A DNA stretch of 64,000 bases from an uncultured Alphaproteobacteria bacterium (GTDB lineage Bacteria > Pseudomonadota > Alphaproteobacteria > Rhizobiales > Aestuariivirgaceae), in contig CAWFWW010000004.1 in NCBI GenBank assembly GCA_963819615.1, positions 573,705 through 637,704 of the forward strand. The letters run 5' to 3'. Positions 52,308 to 62,938 of this stretch are shown here, piece after piece. The notes under the pieces are model-generated. The model was not told where the DNA came from. It did no database searches and saw only the letters and a program-made list of their open reading frames with translations. The position numbers and the translations under genes are program-made. Each line of letters opens with the position of its first letter. Position 1 is the stretch's first letter.

Positions 52308-53175
52308 ACGCTGCCGCGTTCGCTTTCACCCACGGCTCAAACGGTTGAGGATCAACGCCCGTCAGCGCCTTGTAGTCACCCGTCACACCAGACAAGCCAC
52401 CTTTCGCCGTGTTGTCATCAAACGAAGCAAACAACCGCGCCATGCCTTCCGGCAATCCAGCGCCTATCATGCCCTGCACCAATCCCTCAACCGGCACATG
52501 CACAACATTGATTGCCTTGCCCGTCGCAGCCGTAACCAGATTCACGGTTTCGTCGGTGGTGAATTCTTTCGCACCTGTCAGCGAATAGGTTTTCTTGCCC
52601 TTGCTATCCGAAGCCAGAACCGCAGCCGCTGCCCGCGCCAGGTCATCCCGCGCAATGTGCGGAATTTTCCCTTGCCCTGCTGCCGTGTACAGGCTGCCCG
52701 ATTTTATCGCATTCGGCATCGACATGAACAGGTTCTCAAAATACCAGTTGTTGCGCAAGACAGTCCAATTCTTGATCGATGAAGCCGCCAATGCCTTCTC
52801 GGTGTTGAGATGGTCCGCCGCAAACAGAATGGAAGAAGTCTCAGGCTTCGGCATCGACGTATAGATCACATGGCCCACACCAGCTTTTTCAGCAGCATGA
52901 ACTGCAGCACCATGTTCATTCTGGCGGGCACCCGGTTCCAGTGAACTGGTGCTGATGATCAGCGCCCGCGCCGCACCTTCAAACGCCTTCTCCAGCCCAT
53001 CACTTTTTGTAAAATCCGCAGAGCGAACAACAATTCCCTTGCCCTTCAATTCCGCCAGCTTCGCCGGATCGCGGGTAAGCGCAATGATCTTGCCCGCAGG
53101 CACTTTGTAAGTCGTGAGCAAGTGATTGATAACAGCCCGGCCCAATTGCCCGGAAGCTCCAGTAACAAGATACAT
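52300..53175 (-). CDS. NmrA-like NAD(P)-binding oxidoreductase (QorB/YtfG-like)
   Basis: VTGASGQLG, LRNNWYFEN and IARDDLARAAA motifs. Confidence 0.88.
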   Translation of the reverse strand: MYLVTGASGQLGRAVINHLLTTYKVPAGKIIALTRDPAKLAELKGKGIVVRSADFTKSDGLEKAFEGAARALIISTSSLEPGARQNEHGAAVHAAEKAGVGHVIYTSMPKPETSSILFAADHLNTEKALAASSIKNWTVLRNNWYFENLFMSMPNAIKSGSLYTAAGQGKIPHIARDDLARAAAAVLASDSKGKKTYSLTGAKEFTTDETVNLVTAATGKAINVVHVPVEGLVQGMIGAGLPEGMARLFASFDDNTAKGGLSGVTGDYKALTGVDPQPFEPWVKANAAAFS

Positions 53176-53321
53176 TGTTGTCTCCTTCAGATGATGTTAT
53201 ATAAAACATATATAATTACACATCGGATTTATGCAACTGCGGGCGCATTTCCTGCAATTGAAAGCCGTCACCCCAGACCACATGCACGCATCGTTCGAAT
53301 GTGTGGTATCAGTGAGTCACC

Positions 53322-53705
53322 ATGGCGTTATCTCATCCAATTCCCCCGCAAATTATGGCCAAAATCCGCAAGATCGCGATGGCAATGCCGCGCGCCTATG
53401 AGGAAACCGCTTGGGTGGGAACGCGCTGGTGCATCAGTAAAAAGAACTTCGCCCATCTGATCTTGGTCAATGATGGCCATCCGCCGAATTATGCGAAAGC
53501 TGCAAACACGTTTGGCCCTCAGTGTATTCTGACCTTCCGCTCTGATCTCGCCGGATACGATCAAGAGATCTTCCGGCAAGAGCCCTATTTCAAGCCCGTC
53601 TGGTTCCGTAACATCGCGGGAATCAAACTGGATCGCGGCACCAACTGGACCGCCGTCAAGGACCACATCGAAGCAAGTTACCGGCTCTTGGCGGACAGGC
53701 CATGA
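53322..53705 (+). CDS. MmcQ/YjbR family protein
   Basis: EETAWVGTRW..KKNFA, YFKPVW and IEASYRL motifs. Confidence 0.8.
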   Translation: MALSHPIPPQIMAKIRKIAMAMPRAYEETAWVGTRWCISKKNFAHLILVNDGHPPNYAKAANTFGPQCILTFRSDLAGYDQEIFRQEPYFKPVWFRNIAGIKLDRGTNWTAVKDHIEASYRLLADRP

Positions 53706-53942
53706 CAGGCCACGACAGTTTCCATTCATCAGTATACAGACTTTATTAGTCCGTGAACTGAGCATCTGCTGGGCCGTCGCCCTGGCGGAGGCCAGGGCCC
53801 GGACGGTCAGCCAGCGCAGAGTCGGAAAGCCTGGTTGCTGGCATGCGCCAGCATGCCGGCTCAAAAATCAAGTTCAACTGATGGCGGCAACAGAATGCGA
53901 TTCCATTTGGCTCGCGCCCTTTCCCCGGCTAAGTCCGGCTCG

Positions 53943-54527
53943 ATGTCACATCCCCGTCTCTTCCTCGTCGTGCCCGATGGCCTCCCCGGCGAAACCCTCA
54001 AAGCTTGTGCCGAAGCCGCCTGCAAGGCCGGCGACTGCGCCTCGATCCTTGTTCCGCAAACCATAACAGCGGAAGGTGTGGCCGGTCTGCAGTCCTTGGG
54101 GCTCGCCGTCATCATCAAGGATTGTGAACCGCGCCAGGTCCATCACCTCAAGGCCGATGGCATCCACATCTCGCGCGCAACCCCTGTGAAAAACTTGCGC
54201 GCCACATTCAAAAATGAGGTCATCGGCGTCTTCGCCGCAACCTCGCGCCATATCGCCATGGAAGCGGCAGAAGCGGGCGCGGACTACATCGCCTTTGCGC
54301 ATAAATCGCAGACCGCGGAATCACTCGCCGACAATGAACCCCTGCTCGCTTGGTGGCATGACATATTCGAGGTCCCGACAGTCGCCTTTGATCCCGTGAT
54401 GGCCGATGACCTCGCCACACTCCTGCCCCAGAATCCGGATTTTGTCCGCCCATCCGATGACATTTGGAAAGACGCCGCCACAGCCAGGTCCATCATCGCG
54501 GAAATGACGCAGAAACTCAAAACATGA
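53943..54527 (+). CDS. Thiamine-phosphate synthase-like protein
   Basis: PRLFLV, ADGIHI, SRHIAMEAAEAGADYIAF and WWHDIFEVP, typical of the alphaproteobacterial ThiE-like family. Confidence 0.8.
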   Translation: MSHPRLFLVVPDGLPGETLKACAEAACKAGDCASILVPQTITAEGVAGLQSLGLAVIIKDCEPRQVHHLKADGIHISRATPVKNLRATFKNEVIGVFAATSRHIAMEAAEAGADYIAFAHKSQTAESLADNEPLLAWWHDIFEVPTVAFDPVMADDLATLLPQNPDFVRPSDDIWKDAATARSIIAEMTQKLKT

Positions 54528-55420
54528 GATTGAAAACCGCCATCGCAGCATTGCTTCTCGCAAGCGCATCAGCTTTGGCCGCAGCATCTTTTGAAGAGGC
54601 CGTCTCGCTCTTCGAAGACAAGGAATACATCGAAGCCCGCAGCATCGCGGAAACCCATGCAACATCAGGCGATCCCCGCGCCATGGCCATGATGGGCGCT
54701 ATCTATCTCAAGGGCTTCGGCGTCGAAGCCAACGCAATCACGGCCAAAGACTGGTTCACCAAAGCCGCCGACCTTAATCATCCCGGCGCGCAACTATCGC
54801 TCGCCATGATGTATCTCGATGGTTCCTTGGGCGAGCAAGACCCGGACGAAGCCGCAACCTGGCTCGAAAAATCCGCCAATGGCGGCAACGCCCAGGCGCA
54901 ATACAATCTCGGCATTCTCTTTACCGGCATTTATGGAACACCCCCCGATTGGAAACAGGCCGCCAGCTGGTTCACCATCGCATCGGAACAGAATTACGCC
55001 GACGCGCAATACAATCTCGCTCTGCTTTATCTCGATGGCAAAGGCGTTGAGAAAGACCTGACAGCCGCCGCCCGCTATTTCTCCAAGGCCGCACTGCAAG
55101 GTCTGCCGGAAGCGGCACTCGAATATGGCGTGATGGTCTATCGCGGCGACGGCGTGCAGAAGGATGAAGCCATCGGCGCGAAATGGCTCATCGTCGCCGC
55201 CAATCGCGGCAACTCCGTCGCCCAGAACCGCCTCGCCCGCATCTACGCCACAGGCCGCGGCCTTCCCAAGGACGAAGTCAATGCCGCCCGCTGGAACCTC
55301 CTCGCCAAACAAGGCGGCCGCGGCGATCCCGAACTTGATGCGGCATTCGAAAAACTAAATGCTGAACAGCAAAAGGCGGCAAAAGACAAGGCAGCCAAGT
55401 TTGCGCCAGTGACGCGTTAG
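54524..55420 (+). CDS. Sel1-like repeat protein, secreted
   Basis: Signal peptide; repeated AQYNLG/LY..G.GV..D..A..W..AA units. Confidence 0.92.
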   Translation: MRLKTAIAALLLASASALAAASFEEAVSLFEDKEYIEARSIAETHATSGDPRAMAMMGAIYLKGFGVEANAITAKDWFTKAADLNHPGAQLSLAMMYLDGSLGEQDPDEAATWLEKSANGGNAQAQYNLGILFTGIYGTPPDWKQAASWFTIASEQNYADAQYNLALLYLDGKGVEKDLTAAARYFSKAALQGLPEAALEYGVMVYRGDGVQKDEAIGAKWLIVAANRGNSVAQNRLARIYATGRGLPKDEVNAARWNLLAKQGGRGDPELDAAFEKLNAEQQKAAKDKAAKFAPVTR

Positions 55421-55929
55421 ATTTTGTATTGGTAATAAACAAACGCGGCTCCCGCAATCTCGCGGTAGTCAAGAAATTCCATCCCGATCTTCTCAAGTAT
55501 TCGCCGCGAAGCGACATTGCCCGGCAGCGCGAACCCCACAAGTGACTCACGCGGCCTGTGGACTTTAGCCCAGGCCATCAACGCAACCGCCGCCTCACTG
55601 GCATAACCCTTGTTCCAGAATTGTGGTTTGACGGCATAACCGATCTCAAGTGAGTCTTCTTCCCACGGCGACCATCCAGCGCGCCCAATGAAAGTGCCGT
55701 CAGACAGGCTCAACTTCCATTTTGTAAAACCAGCGCTTGCCTGTTCATTCATGTATCCGGTCAAGCGGCGGTCGATCCCTTACTTGGTCCATTTATGCGG
55801 TCCCGGAGCATAGTTTTTCTGCACCAGCGGATCAGCATGGAGGTCAAAGAGCAAGTCTATGTCCTGAGGCATCCAGGTCTCAAAGCGAAGCCGCTCGCTC
55901 AACAACATGACCTGGGCTTGATCCGGCAT
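55417..55929 (-). pseudogene. RimJ/RimL-type GNAT acetyltransferase with an in-frame TAA at 55780-55782
   Basis: SERLRFETW..DPLV..KWTK*GIDRRLTGY..EIGY..WNKGYASEAA is one frame apart from one stop. Confidence 0.8.
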
Positions 55930-56149
55930 GGCAGCCTCCTTCGATTCATCACTCACCATCGACCTGTTTCGGCAAGCCACCAGCGCCACTCAGCTTTTCA
56001 TATCGGACAAATCGTCAAATGGGCTACTTCAATATTCTGTCATTGAATTAGAAAAGCGCGCCCCTTGCCCTTCCCTCTGGCAGCGAGACTTGCTATTCGG
56101 GCGCCACGATTTCGCCCATAATTGCCCATAATTGAATGAAAGAAAACTC

Positions 56150-56950
56150 TTGGCCCACACTCCCATAATGACCGTCATGATCGCAGCTGTCCGCAAGGCG
56201 GCGCGCGGCGTGCAGCGCGACTTCGGCGAACTTGCAAACCTCCAGGTCTCAATGAAAGGCCCCGGTGATTTCGTCACCGCCGCCGATCAACGCTGCGAGA
56301 AAGCGTTGCGCTCCGAGCTCGCCAAGGCGCGGCCGGACTACGGTTTCCTCGGCGAAGAAGAAGGCGAAACCAAAGGCAAGGACCCGGAGCACCGCTTCAT
56401 CATCGATCCCATCGATGGCACGCACAATTTCATGCACGCGTTTCCCTATTTCGCCGTGACCGTCGCACTGGAGCGCAAGGGCGAGATTGTTGCAGGCGTC
56501 ACCTACGATCCCATCAAGGACGAACTCTTCCACGCCGAAAAAGGCACAGGCGCTTTCATGAACAACCGCCGCATGCGCGTCGGTGCGCGCAAGAACCTGC
56601 ATGATGCACTCGTCGTCACCAACATCCCGCATCGCGGCCAGCCGCAAACGCACGTTAGGCAACGCAACGAAATTGCGGTTCTGCAAGCAAGGTCCGGCGG
56701 CGTCCGCGCCTTGGGCTCAGCCGCACTCGATCTTGCCTACGTCGCAATTGGCCGCTTCGATGCGACCTGGACGCACGACTTGAATCCATGGGACATGGCC
56801 GCAGGCCTATTGTTCATGAAAGAATCGGGCGGCTTCGTTCGCGGCCTGAATGGCGAAACCGACGCGCTCAACTCGGGCGGCTACATAGCCACCAACGCCG
56901 ATCTTTTGCCGCAGGTGCAGGCAGCGCTTGCGGAAGCGGCCAAACTGTAA
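56150..56950 (+). CDS. suhB: Inositol monophosphatase family (start TTG 56150 or ATG 56132)
   Basis: DFVTAAD, GEE, IIDPIDGTHNF and WDMAAG motifs. Confidence 0.93.
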   Translation: MAHTPIMTVMIAAVRKAARGVQRDFGELANLQVSMKGPGDFVTAADQRCEKALRSELAKARPDYGFLGEEEGETKGKDPEHRFIIDPIDGTHNFMHAFPYFAVTVALERKGEIVAGVTYDPIKDELFHAEKGTGAFMNNRRMRVGARKNLHDALVVTNIPHRGQPQTHVRQRNEIAVLQARSGGVRALGSAALDLAYVAIGRFDATWTHDLNPWDMAAGLLFMKESGGFVRGLNGETDALNSGGYIATNADLLPQVQAALAEAAKL

Positions 56951-56979
56951 TTATCTGCAAACAAGCCTATATGTAGGAA

Positions 56980-59316
56980 ATGCAGCATCACGATCATCCG
57001 GCAAAACAGGCGCCAAATCCGGTCATGGTGATCGACCTCGTTTGCGGCATGGATGTCGACCCACACACATCGACCCTGAAAGCCGATCACAAGGGTCACA
57101 CCTATTATTTCTGCGGTCCCGGTTGCCGCACCAAATTCATCGCCAACCCTGAAAAGTTCTTGAGCCCGCAGCAACGCGAAGAAGGGCTGGTGGCAACCGG
57201 CGCGACATACACTTGCCCGATGCACCCGGAAATCCGCCAGGTCGGCCCTGGCTCCTGCCCGATCTGTGGCATGGCGTTGGAACCGGAACTGGTGTCGCTT
57301 GACGACACGCCCAACCCTGAACTCGCCGACATGACCTGGAGATTCTGGATCGGTCTTGTCCTCACCATTCCAGTTTTCATTCTTGCCATGGCAAGTCATG
57401 TCTTCGGCCTCCACATCATCGACAGCGCAATATCAAACTGGGTGCAGCTGGCCCTCGCAACGCCTGTTGTTCTGTGGGCGGGCTGGCCATTTTTCGTACG
57501 CGGTTGGCAATCGCTTCTGACGCGCAATCTCAACATGTTCACATTGATTGCCATCGGCACTGGAATCGCATGGGCCTACAGCATCGTCGCTACAAGTTAC
57601 CCCGGCCTCTTCCCGCCAGCATTTCGCGGCCATGATGGCTCGGTCGCCGTTTACTTCGAGGCCGCCGCCGTCATCACGGTCTTGGTGCTCCTGGGACAAG
57701 TCCTCGAACTCCGGGCCCGCGAAAGAACCTCTGGCGCCATTCGCGGGCTTCTCGATCTTGCTCCCCGCACCGGGCGCGTCATCCGCAGCAATGGCACGGA
57801 AGATGATGTTGACCTTGACCAGATTCAACCCGACATGTTGCTGCGCGTTCGCCCCGGCGAAAAAGTCCCGGTAGATGGCGAAGTTACCGAAGGTCATGTC
57901 TCGATCGACGAGTCGATGGTGACAGGTGAATCGCTGCCGGTCAGCAAGGAACGCGGGTCAAAAGTGATCGGTGGAACAATGAACCAGTCCGGCAGCTTCA
58001 TCATGCGCGCCGAAAAAGTCGGCCGCGATACGATGTTGTCGCGCATCGTGCAGATGGTGGCGCAAGCCCAGCGCAGCCGTGCCCCCATTCAGCGCCTTGC
58101 TGATCAAGTTTCAGGCTGGTTCGTGCCGCTTGTTATTCTCGCTGCCATTCTCGCATTCGCTGCCTGGTCGATCTGGGGGCCAGAACCGCGCTTCACGTAT
58201 GCCTTGATCGCCGCCGTCGCCGTGTTGATCATCGCCTGCCCCTGCGCCCTTGGCCTGGCAACGCCCATGTCAATCATGGTGGGCATAGGCCGTGGCGCAC
58301 AGGAAGGCGTGTTGGTCAGGAACGCCGAAGCGCTGGAGCGCATGGAAAAAGTCGACACACTGGTCATCGATAAAACGGGTACGCTCACTGAAGGCAAGCC
58401 CGCGGTGACAGCCATCGTCGCAGCCGATGGTTTTGAGGACCACGAAGTCTTGCGTCTGGCTGCAAGTGTTGAGCAAGCCAGCGAACATCCTCTCGCATCA
58501 GCCATTGTGGCCGCAGCCAAAACCCGCAACCTGCCGCTGGCCAAAGTCATGGGCTTTGACTCGCCAACAGGCAAAGGCGCAATTGGCATGGTCGAGCGCA
58601 AGCGCCTGGCGATTGGCAATTCAAAATTCCTCAACGAACTTTCAATCTCGACCGAAGCGCTGGACTTGCAAGCAAAATCACTGCGCCAGCATGGCGCCAC
58701 TGCCATATTCGTCGCCATCAATGGCAAGGCCGCAGGCGTCATCGCCATAGCTGATCCCATCAAGGCATCGACTCCAACCGCACTCGATCAGCTTAGGCAA
58801 AGCGGCATCGAAATCGTCATGTTGACCGGCGACAACCGCATCACGGCGCAGGCGATCGCCGGCAAACTTGGCATCACCAAAATCGAGGCTGAAATTCTCC
58901 CCGATCAGAAAGCCGAAATTGTTCTGCGCCTGAAAGCCAAAGGAAAAATCGTCGCCATGGCAGGTGACGGCGTCAACGATGCTCCTGCTTTGGCCGCAGC
59001 CGATGTCGGCATCGCCATGGGCACCGGAACAGACATCGCGATGGAAAGTGCCGGCATTACTTTGCTGACAGGCGACCTCTCCGGAATCGTCAAGGCCCGC
59101 AACCTGTCCCGCGCTGCCATGCGCAACATCCGTCAAAACCTGTTCTTTGCTTTCATCTACAACGCCGTCGGCGTTCCCATTGCCGCAGGCATACTCTATC
59201 CCGTTTTCGGCATCCTGCTGTCACCCATGATTGCAGCGCTCGCAATGTCGCTCTCGTCAGTCAGCGTCATCACCAACGCCCTGCGATTGCGCACGCAAAT
59301 GCTGGGAGGCAGTTGA
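56980..59316 (+). CDS. copA: Cu(I)/Ag(I) P1B-type ATPase with YHS and heavy-metal-binding domains
   Basis: [41 protein letters not shown] and GDGVNDAP motifs. Confidence 0.95.
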   Translation: MQHHDHPAKQAPNPVMVIDLVCGMDVDPHTSTLKADHKGHTYYFCGPGCRTKFIANPEKFLSPQQREEGLVATGATYTCPMHPEIRQVGPGSCPICGMALEPELVSLDDTPNPELADMTWRFWIGLVLTIPVFILAMASHVFGLHIIDSAISNWVQLALATPVVLWAGWPFFVRGWQSLLTRNLNMFTLIAIGTGIAWAYSIVATSYPGLFPPAFRGHDGSVAVYFEAAAVITVLVLLGQVLELRARERTSGAIRGLLDLAPRTGRVIRSNGTEDDVDLDQIQPDMLLRVRPGEKVPVDGEVTEGHVSIDESMVTGESLPVSKERGSKVIGGTMNQSGSFIMRAEKVGRDTMLSRIVQMVAQAQRSRAPIQRLADQVSGWFVPLVILAAILAFAAWSIWGPEPRFTYALIAAVAVLIIACPCALGLATPMSIMVGIGRGAQEGVLVRNAEALERMEKVDTLVIDKTGTLTEGKPAVTAIVAADGFEDHEVLRLAASVEQASEHPLASAIVAAAKTRNLPLAKVMGFDSPTGKGAIGMVERKRLAIGNSKFLNELSISTEALDLQAKSLRQHGATAIFVAINGKAAGVIAIADPIKASTPTALDQLRQSGIEIVMLTGDNRITAQAIAGKLGITKIEAEILPDQKAEIVLRLKAKGKIVAMAGDGVNDAPALAAADVGIAMGTGTDIAMESAGITLLTGDLSGIVKARNLSRAAMRNIRQNLFFAFIYNAVGVPIAAGILYPVFGILLSPMIAALAMSLSSVSVITNALRLRTQMLGGS

Positions 59317-59415
59317 GTATCAGCAAATCCATGTTTGTTGGAATCGCCCTCACCCAATATTCGTCATGGCCCGCCTGAAGCTGCTGCTGTCCGGCTAACT
59401 CGAAATCCCCAATTC

Positions 59416-59602
59416 TGTCATCCTCGCAGCTGTCGCGAGGACCCATCCATCACCTTGCGTGAAAGTCACGTCGCGTGCCGTGCACGCGCATCCACCGCAT
59501 TTGACGCAGCCTTTGCAGGGTTTTTGAGCGAAACACGCTTCGCTCACCTAAACATCCCGTCACGCGAACCGTTGGGTCCCCGAAACAGGTGCGGGGATGA
59601 CA
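59416..59602. repeat. REPIN-like element, family C (TGTCATCCCCGC..GCGGGGACCCA arms)
   Basis: 30-bp inverted arms at 59416-59445 and 59573-59602; related doublets at 62638-62719 and 62776-62834. Confidence 0.8.
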
Positions 59603-59785
59603 ACATTTTTTGAGATTCGAGCTGCAAATGAGAAAACGACTGATACTCCACACCTGAGCCAATTACGTCTGTCGTGTCTTTTACCTTTCAGCAGTGGGCG
59701 TGGACGCCACATAAACGTGGAAGTGCCTGCCGTCTTCAGTGCCGGACTCGACAAAGTATTCCGGGCGGATCGTCTTGTACTCGAC

Positions 59786-59809
59786 AAAAAGGCCGGAAAA
59801 ACCGGCCTT
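59786..59809 (-). terminator. Intrinsic terminator after rpsU
   Basis: AAGGCCGG-N5-CCGGCCTT followed by a T run on the minus strand. Confidence 0.75.
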
Positions 59810-59836
59810 CCTCTTTCTGGGGACTGCAGGTTAAGA

Positions 59837-60145
59837 TCAGCTCCGGCCCATGCCGACGCCACTGCTGAAACCAGAGCCTGCGCCATTCATGCCCCCGCTC
59901 ATGCCAGGACGGCGCGGGCGTTCGATCTTTTTGGGAGCTGGAAGCAAGCCTTCACGCTGCAATTTCTTGCGGGCCAGCTTGCGCGCGCGACGTGCGGCCT
60001 CTGCCTGTTCACGGGCCTTCTTGACGGATGGTTTTTCGAAATGATCGCGAAGCTTCATTTCGCGGAAGATGCCTTCACGTTGCATCTTTTTCTTCAGAAC
60101 CTTCAGGGCCTGATCAACATTGTTGTCACGTACGACGACTTGCAA
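59837..60145 (-). CDS. rpsU: 30S ribosomal protein S21 with Gly-rich C-terminal extension
   Basis: [29 protein letters not shown] motif; TTG start. Confidence 0.95.
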   Translation of the reverse strand: MQVVVRDNNVDQALKVLKKKMQREGIFREMKLRDHFEKPSVKKAREQAEAARRARKLARKKLQREGLLPAPKKIERPRRPGMSGGMNGAGSGFSSGVGMGRS

Positions 60146-60252
60146 GCGGATACCTCGACATTGGCGTTTAACGAAAGTAGGCCCCTTTTTGGGCCTGTTG
60201 GCGCGAGCCAATACACCAACAAAAAACCGGAGTCGAGAGGAAAAAAGCAGGG

Positions 60253-60268
60253 TTAAACGGGCTTTAAC
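60253..60268. promoter_or_regulatory. Perfect CtrA consensus box upstream of rpsU
   Basis: TTAA-ACGGGCT-TTAAC at the purK stop, 108 bp 5' of rpsU. Confidence 0.55.
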
Positions 60269-61332
60269 AGCCGGTTCACATGCCCCATCTTCCGCCCCGC
60301 CCGTGTCTCGGCCTTGCCGTAAATATGGACACCAGTCGCTCCTGCCTTTGCCAGCGCCAGCCAGTCGTCAACATCATGGCCAATCAGGTTGGTCATCACC
60401 ACGTCCGAATGCCGCAGCCCCGCGCCCAGGGGCCAGCCCGCAATTGCCCTGATATGCTGTTCAAACTGCGACACTACACAGGCATCCATCGTCCAGTGCC
60501 CGGAGTTGTGCACGCGCGACGCTATCTCGTTGACCAAAAGCACATCCCCGCCCACAAAAAACTCAACCCCCATCACACCCACATATTCGAGCGTATCGAG
60601 TATGCGCCGCGCCACAAACACAGCCTCATGCTGCAAGTCGAGGTCAACCGCCGCTGGCACTGTTGAAGTATGCAGAATATGATTGCGATGCACGTTCTCA
60701 ACAACGTCATAGGCCGCAAACGCACCATCAAGCCCTCGCGCCGCAATGACTGAAATTTCCTTGTCGAAATCAACAAACCGCTCAAGCACCGCAGGCTTCC
60801 CGCCAATCGCGGCCCATGCAGCTTCAGCATCGGCAACCGCAAGGATTTTCGCCTGGCCCTTTCCGTCATATCCAAACCGCGTCGTCTTCAAGACCGACGG
60901 TACTCCGATCTTCGCCGCCGCCGCTTCTAATTCAACGAGCGAATTGACCACCTCAAATTCCGCCGTCAACGCGCCAATTTTCCGCGCCAGCGTCTTTTCC
61001 TTGATCCTGTCTTGTGCTGTCGCCAAGGCATGCGCATTGGGCCTGACCGGCACCAGATCATCAATGAACTGAACCGTCTCAACCGGCACATTCTCGAATT
61101 CATAAGTGACGACATGAACCGATTGCGCAAACGCCGTCAGCGCCGCTTCATCGCCATAATCGGCAAGAGTATGAAACGCAGCAACGTCAAATGCCGGGCT
61201 GTCCTTCTCCGGCGCGAAAATATGGCATTTGAAACCGAGTTCCGCAGCAGCCATCGCCAGCAAGCGTCCCAATTGCCCGCCCCCCAGAATGCCAATGGTG
61301 GCCCCGGGCGCAAGCCTTTGCAGTGATGACAT
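60253..61332 (-). CDS. purK: N5-carboxyaminoimidazole ribonucleotide synthase
   Basis: [24 protein letters not shown] and GRKMGH motifs. Confidence 0.97.
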   Translation of the reverse strand: MSSLQRLAPGATIGILGGGQLGRLLAMAAAELGFKCHIFAPEKDSPAFDVAAFHTLADYGDEAALTAFAQSVHVVTYEFENVPVETVQFIDDLVPVRPNAHALATAQDRIKEKTLARKIGALTAEFEVVNSLVELEAAAAKIGVPSVLKTTRFGYDGKGQAKILAVADAEAAWAAIGGKPAVLERFVDFDKEISVIAARGLDGAFAAYDVVENVHRNHILHTSTVPAAVDLDLQHEAVFVARRILDTLEYVGVMGVEFFVGGDVLLVNEIASRVHNSGHWTMDACVVSQFEQHIRAIAGWPLGAGLRHSDVVMTNLIGHDVDDWLALAKAGATGVHIYGKAETRAGRKMGHVNRLLKPV

Positions 61333-61821
61333 CTATGTTTCGTCCTTCGGAGTGAGTGTCACCGCATCAGTCTGTTTTTTCCGCCACGCCTCAACTCGCT
61401 TGGCCAGCGCCGCATCGCTCAAGGCCAAAACGCTCGCCGCCAGCAAAGCCGCATTGATCGCACCCGCCTTGCCAATCGCCAGCGTGCCAACCGGTACTCC
61501 CGCCGGCATTTGCACGATCGACAAAAGCGAATCCTGCCCCGACAACGCCTTCGATTCAATCGGAACGCCAAACACCGGCAATACGGTCATTGCGGCAGCC
61601 ATGCCTGGCAAATGCGCCGCTCCCCCTGCCCCGGCAATGATCACCTTGAAACCAGCGTCCTTCGCACCCTTGGCAAATTCATAAAGCCGCTCTGGCGTGC
61701 GATGCGCCGAGATAATCTTCGCATCAGCCTCGACCTGCAATTCAGCAAGCGTATCGGCGGCAAACTTCATCGTCGCCCAATCCGATTGCGATCCCATGAT
61801 GATGGCGACGGTCTTGGTCAC
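61333..61821 (-). CDS. purE: N5-carboxyaminoimidazole ribonucleotide mutase
   Basis: [14 protein letters not shown] and [10 protein letters not shown] motifs. Confidence 0.98.
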   Translation of the reverse strand: MTKTVAIIMGSQSDWATMKFAADTLAELQVEADAKIISAHRTPERLYEFAKGAKDAGFKVIIAGAGGAAHLPGMAAAMTVLPVFGVPIESKALSGQDSLLSIVQMPAGVPVGTLAIGKAGAINAALLAASVLALSDAALAKRVEAWRKKQTDAVTLTPKDET

Positions 61822-62036
61822 GCAATGATGTCCGGTATGATCTGCGCTCCGACCATGGTGATTTGATCCTTGAGTGCAAGTTTCATCTTTTTGAGTCGCC
61901 GCAACTGCAGTTGGTCGGCACTGCCGCCCACTTCAATCTCCGCGATTCGCGCATCGAGCTCGCGATGCTCCTGCTCAAGCCCATGCAACTTCGCGCGCAG
62001 CTGCACTTCCTGCAATGAATTCAGCACATTTACCAT
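61818..62036 (-). CDS. DUF465/YdcH family protein
   Basis: [23 protein letters not shown] motif; coupled to purE. Confidence 0.85.
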   Translation of the reverse strand: MVNVLNSLQEVQLRAKLHGLEQEHRELDARIAEIEVGGSADQLQLRRLKKMKLALKDQITMVGAQIIPDIIA

Positions 62037-62181
62037 GTCGCCTGAGATTTTCCAAAATGTGACCCGATAATTGCACTAAAGCGGCAAGCAACATTCGACA
62101 AGTGCTGATTTTTGTGTCAGTGTCATGACTGGTTCGGCACCGAACCACCAAAGGTTAATCCCCTAAGATGGAGGCTTACGA

Positions 62182-62364
62182 ATGAGCCAGGATTTAGACC
62201 TCTCCCACCTTCATGCAAAACATCGTTCTTTGGAAAAAGAGCTGGCCGAAGCAATTGCTCATCCAGCTTCCACCGATGAAGAAATCGCCGCTATCAAGCG
62301 CATGAAGCTGAAACTGAAGGACGAGATCGCCATCCTCGAACGAACAACAGCAGAAGCCGCCTGA
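62182..62364 (+). CDS. DUF465/YdcH family protein
   Basis: LHAKHRSLE..IKRMKLKLKDEI motif; GGAGG RBS. Confidence 0.85.
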   Translation: MSQDLDLSHLHAKHRSLEKELAEAIAHPASTDEEIAAIKRMKLKLKDEIAILERTTAEAA

Positions 62365-62407
62365 ACTTGGTCCTGAATTAGGTCCTGAACCAGGTCCTGA
62401 ACCAGGT
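62360..62407. repeat. 12-bp tandem repeat x4 starting at the DUF465 stop codon
   Basis: CCTGAACTTGGT CCTGAATTAGGT CCTGAACCAGGT CCTGAACCAGGT. Confidence 0.8.
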
Positions 62408-62637
62408 TTGGCATTCGGCCGATCAGACAACGCCGCCGCCAAAGTGGTGACGGTGTCGGTCTCTGTCGGCGCACGGACAGCGACATCACGGCCATAGGCC
62501 GCAGGATCAACCTCTGTCCCTGCATAGAGCAAGGCCTTGATGCGGAAAAAATGGCGATCATCTTGCGCCGCCCAATTGCTGCCGAAGTGTCTGGATCACC
62601 GGGAGTCAATTGCAGATGGACAATCAAACAAAGAAAC

Positions 62638-62877
62638 CGTCATGGTCCGCGCAGGCGGACCGCCCACCGTATGTAAAATCAAACCTGCAGTGGTTCCTCC
62701 GCCTTCGCGGAGGATGACGGCGATGGAGTTGCGACAAGTGCACTGCTGTCCGGTTAACACGAAATCTCCCAAAATTGTCATCCCCGCACTTGTTGCGGGG
62801 ACCGATGGTTCCCCGCGACAAGCGCGAGAATGACTACATTATTTGAAAGTTCGAGCTTGCAATGAGAACTGAACTGA
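62638..62877. repeat. Cluster of family-C REP doublets
   Basis: GTCATGGTCCGC..GCGGACC / GGTTCCTCCGC..GCGGAGGATGAC and TGTCATCCCCGC..GCGGGGACC / GGTTCCCCGCG..GAGAATGAC. Confidence 0.75.
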
Positions 62878-62938
62878 TGTTCGAACTGGATTCCGCCACT
62901 TCCAGCCTACCGGTACTACTTTAACCGGAAATTAGCGT

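Noticed and set aside
41998-53800. Integron cassette array or prophage
   Set aside because: No integrase, attC-like sites or phage structural genes; genes are on mixed strands.
53706-53942. TPP riboswitch before the thiE-like gene
   Set aside because: The conserved CUGAGA and downstream GAACCUGA/UAAU..GGA aptamer segments are not present.
62194-62627. Minus-strand ORFs or a GGDEF-like remnant near the REP cluster
   Set aside because: Only a VTVSVSVG-like stretch broken by stops; ORFs overlap the real DUF465 gene and the 12-bp repeat.
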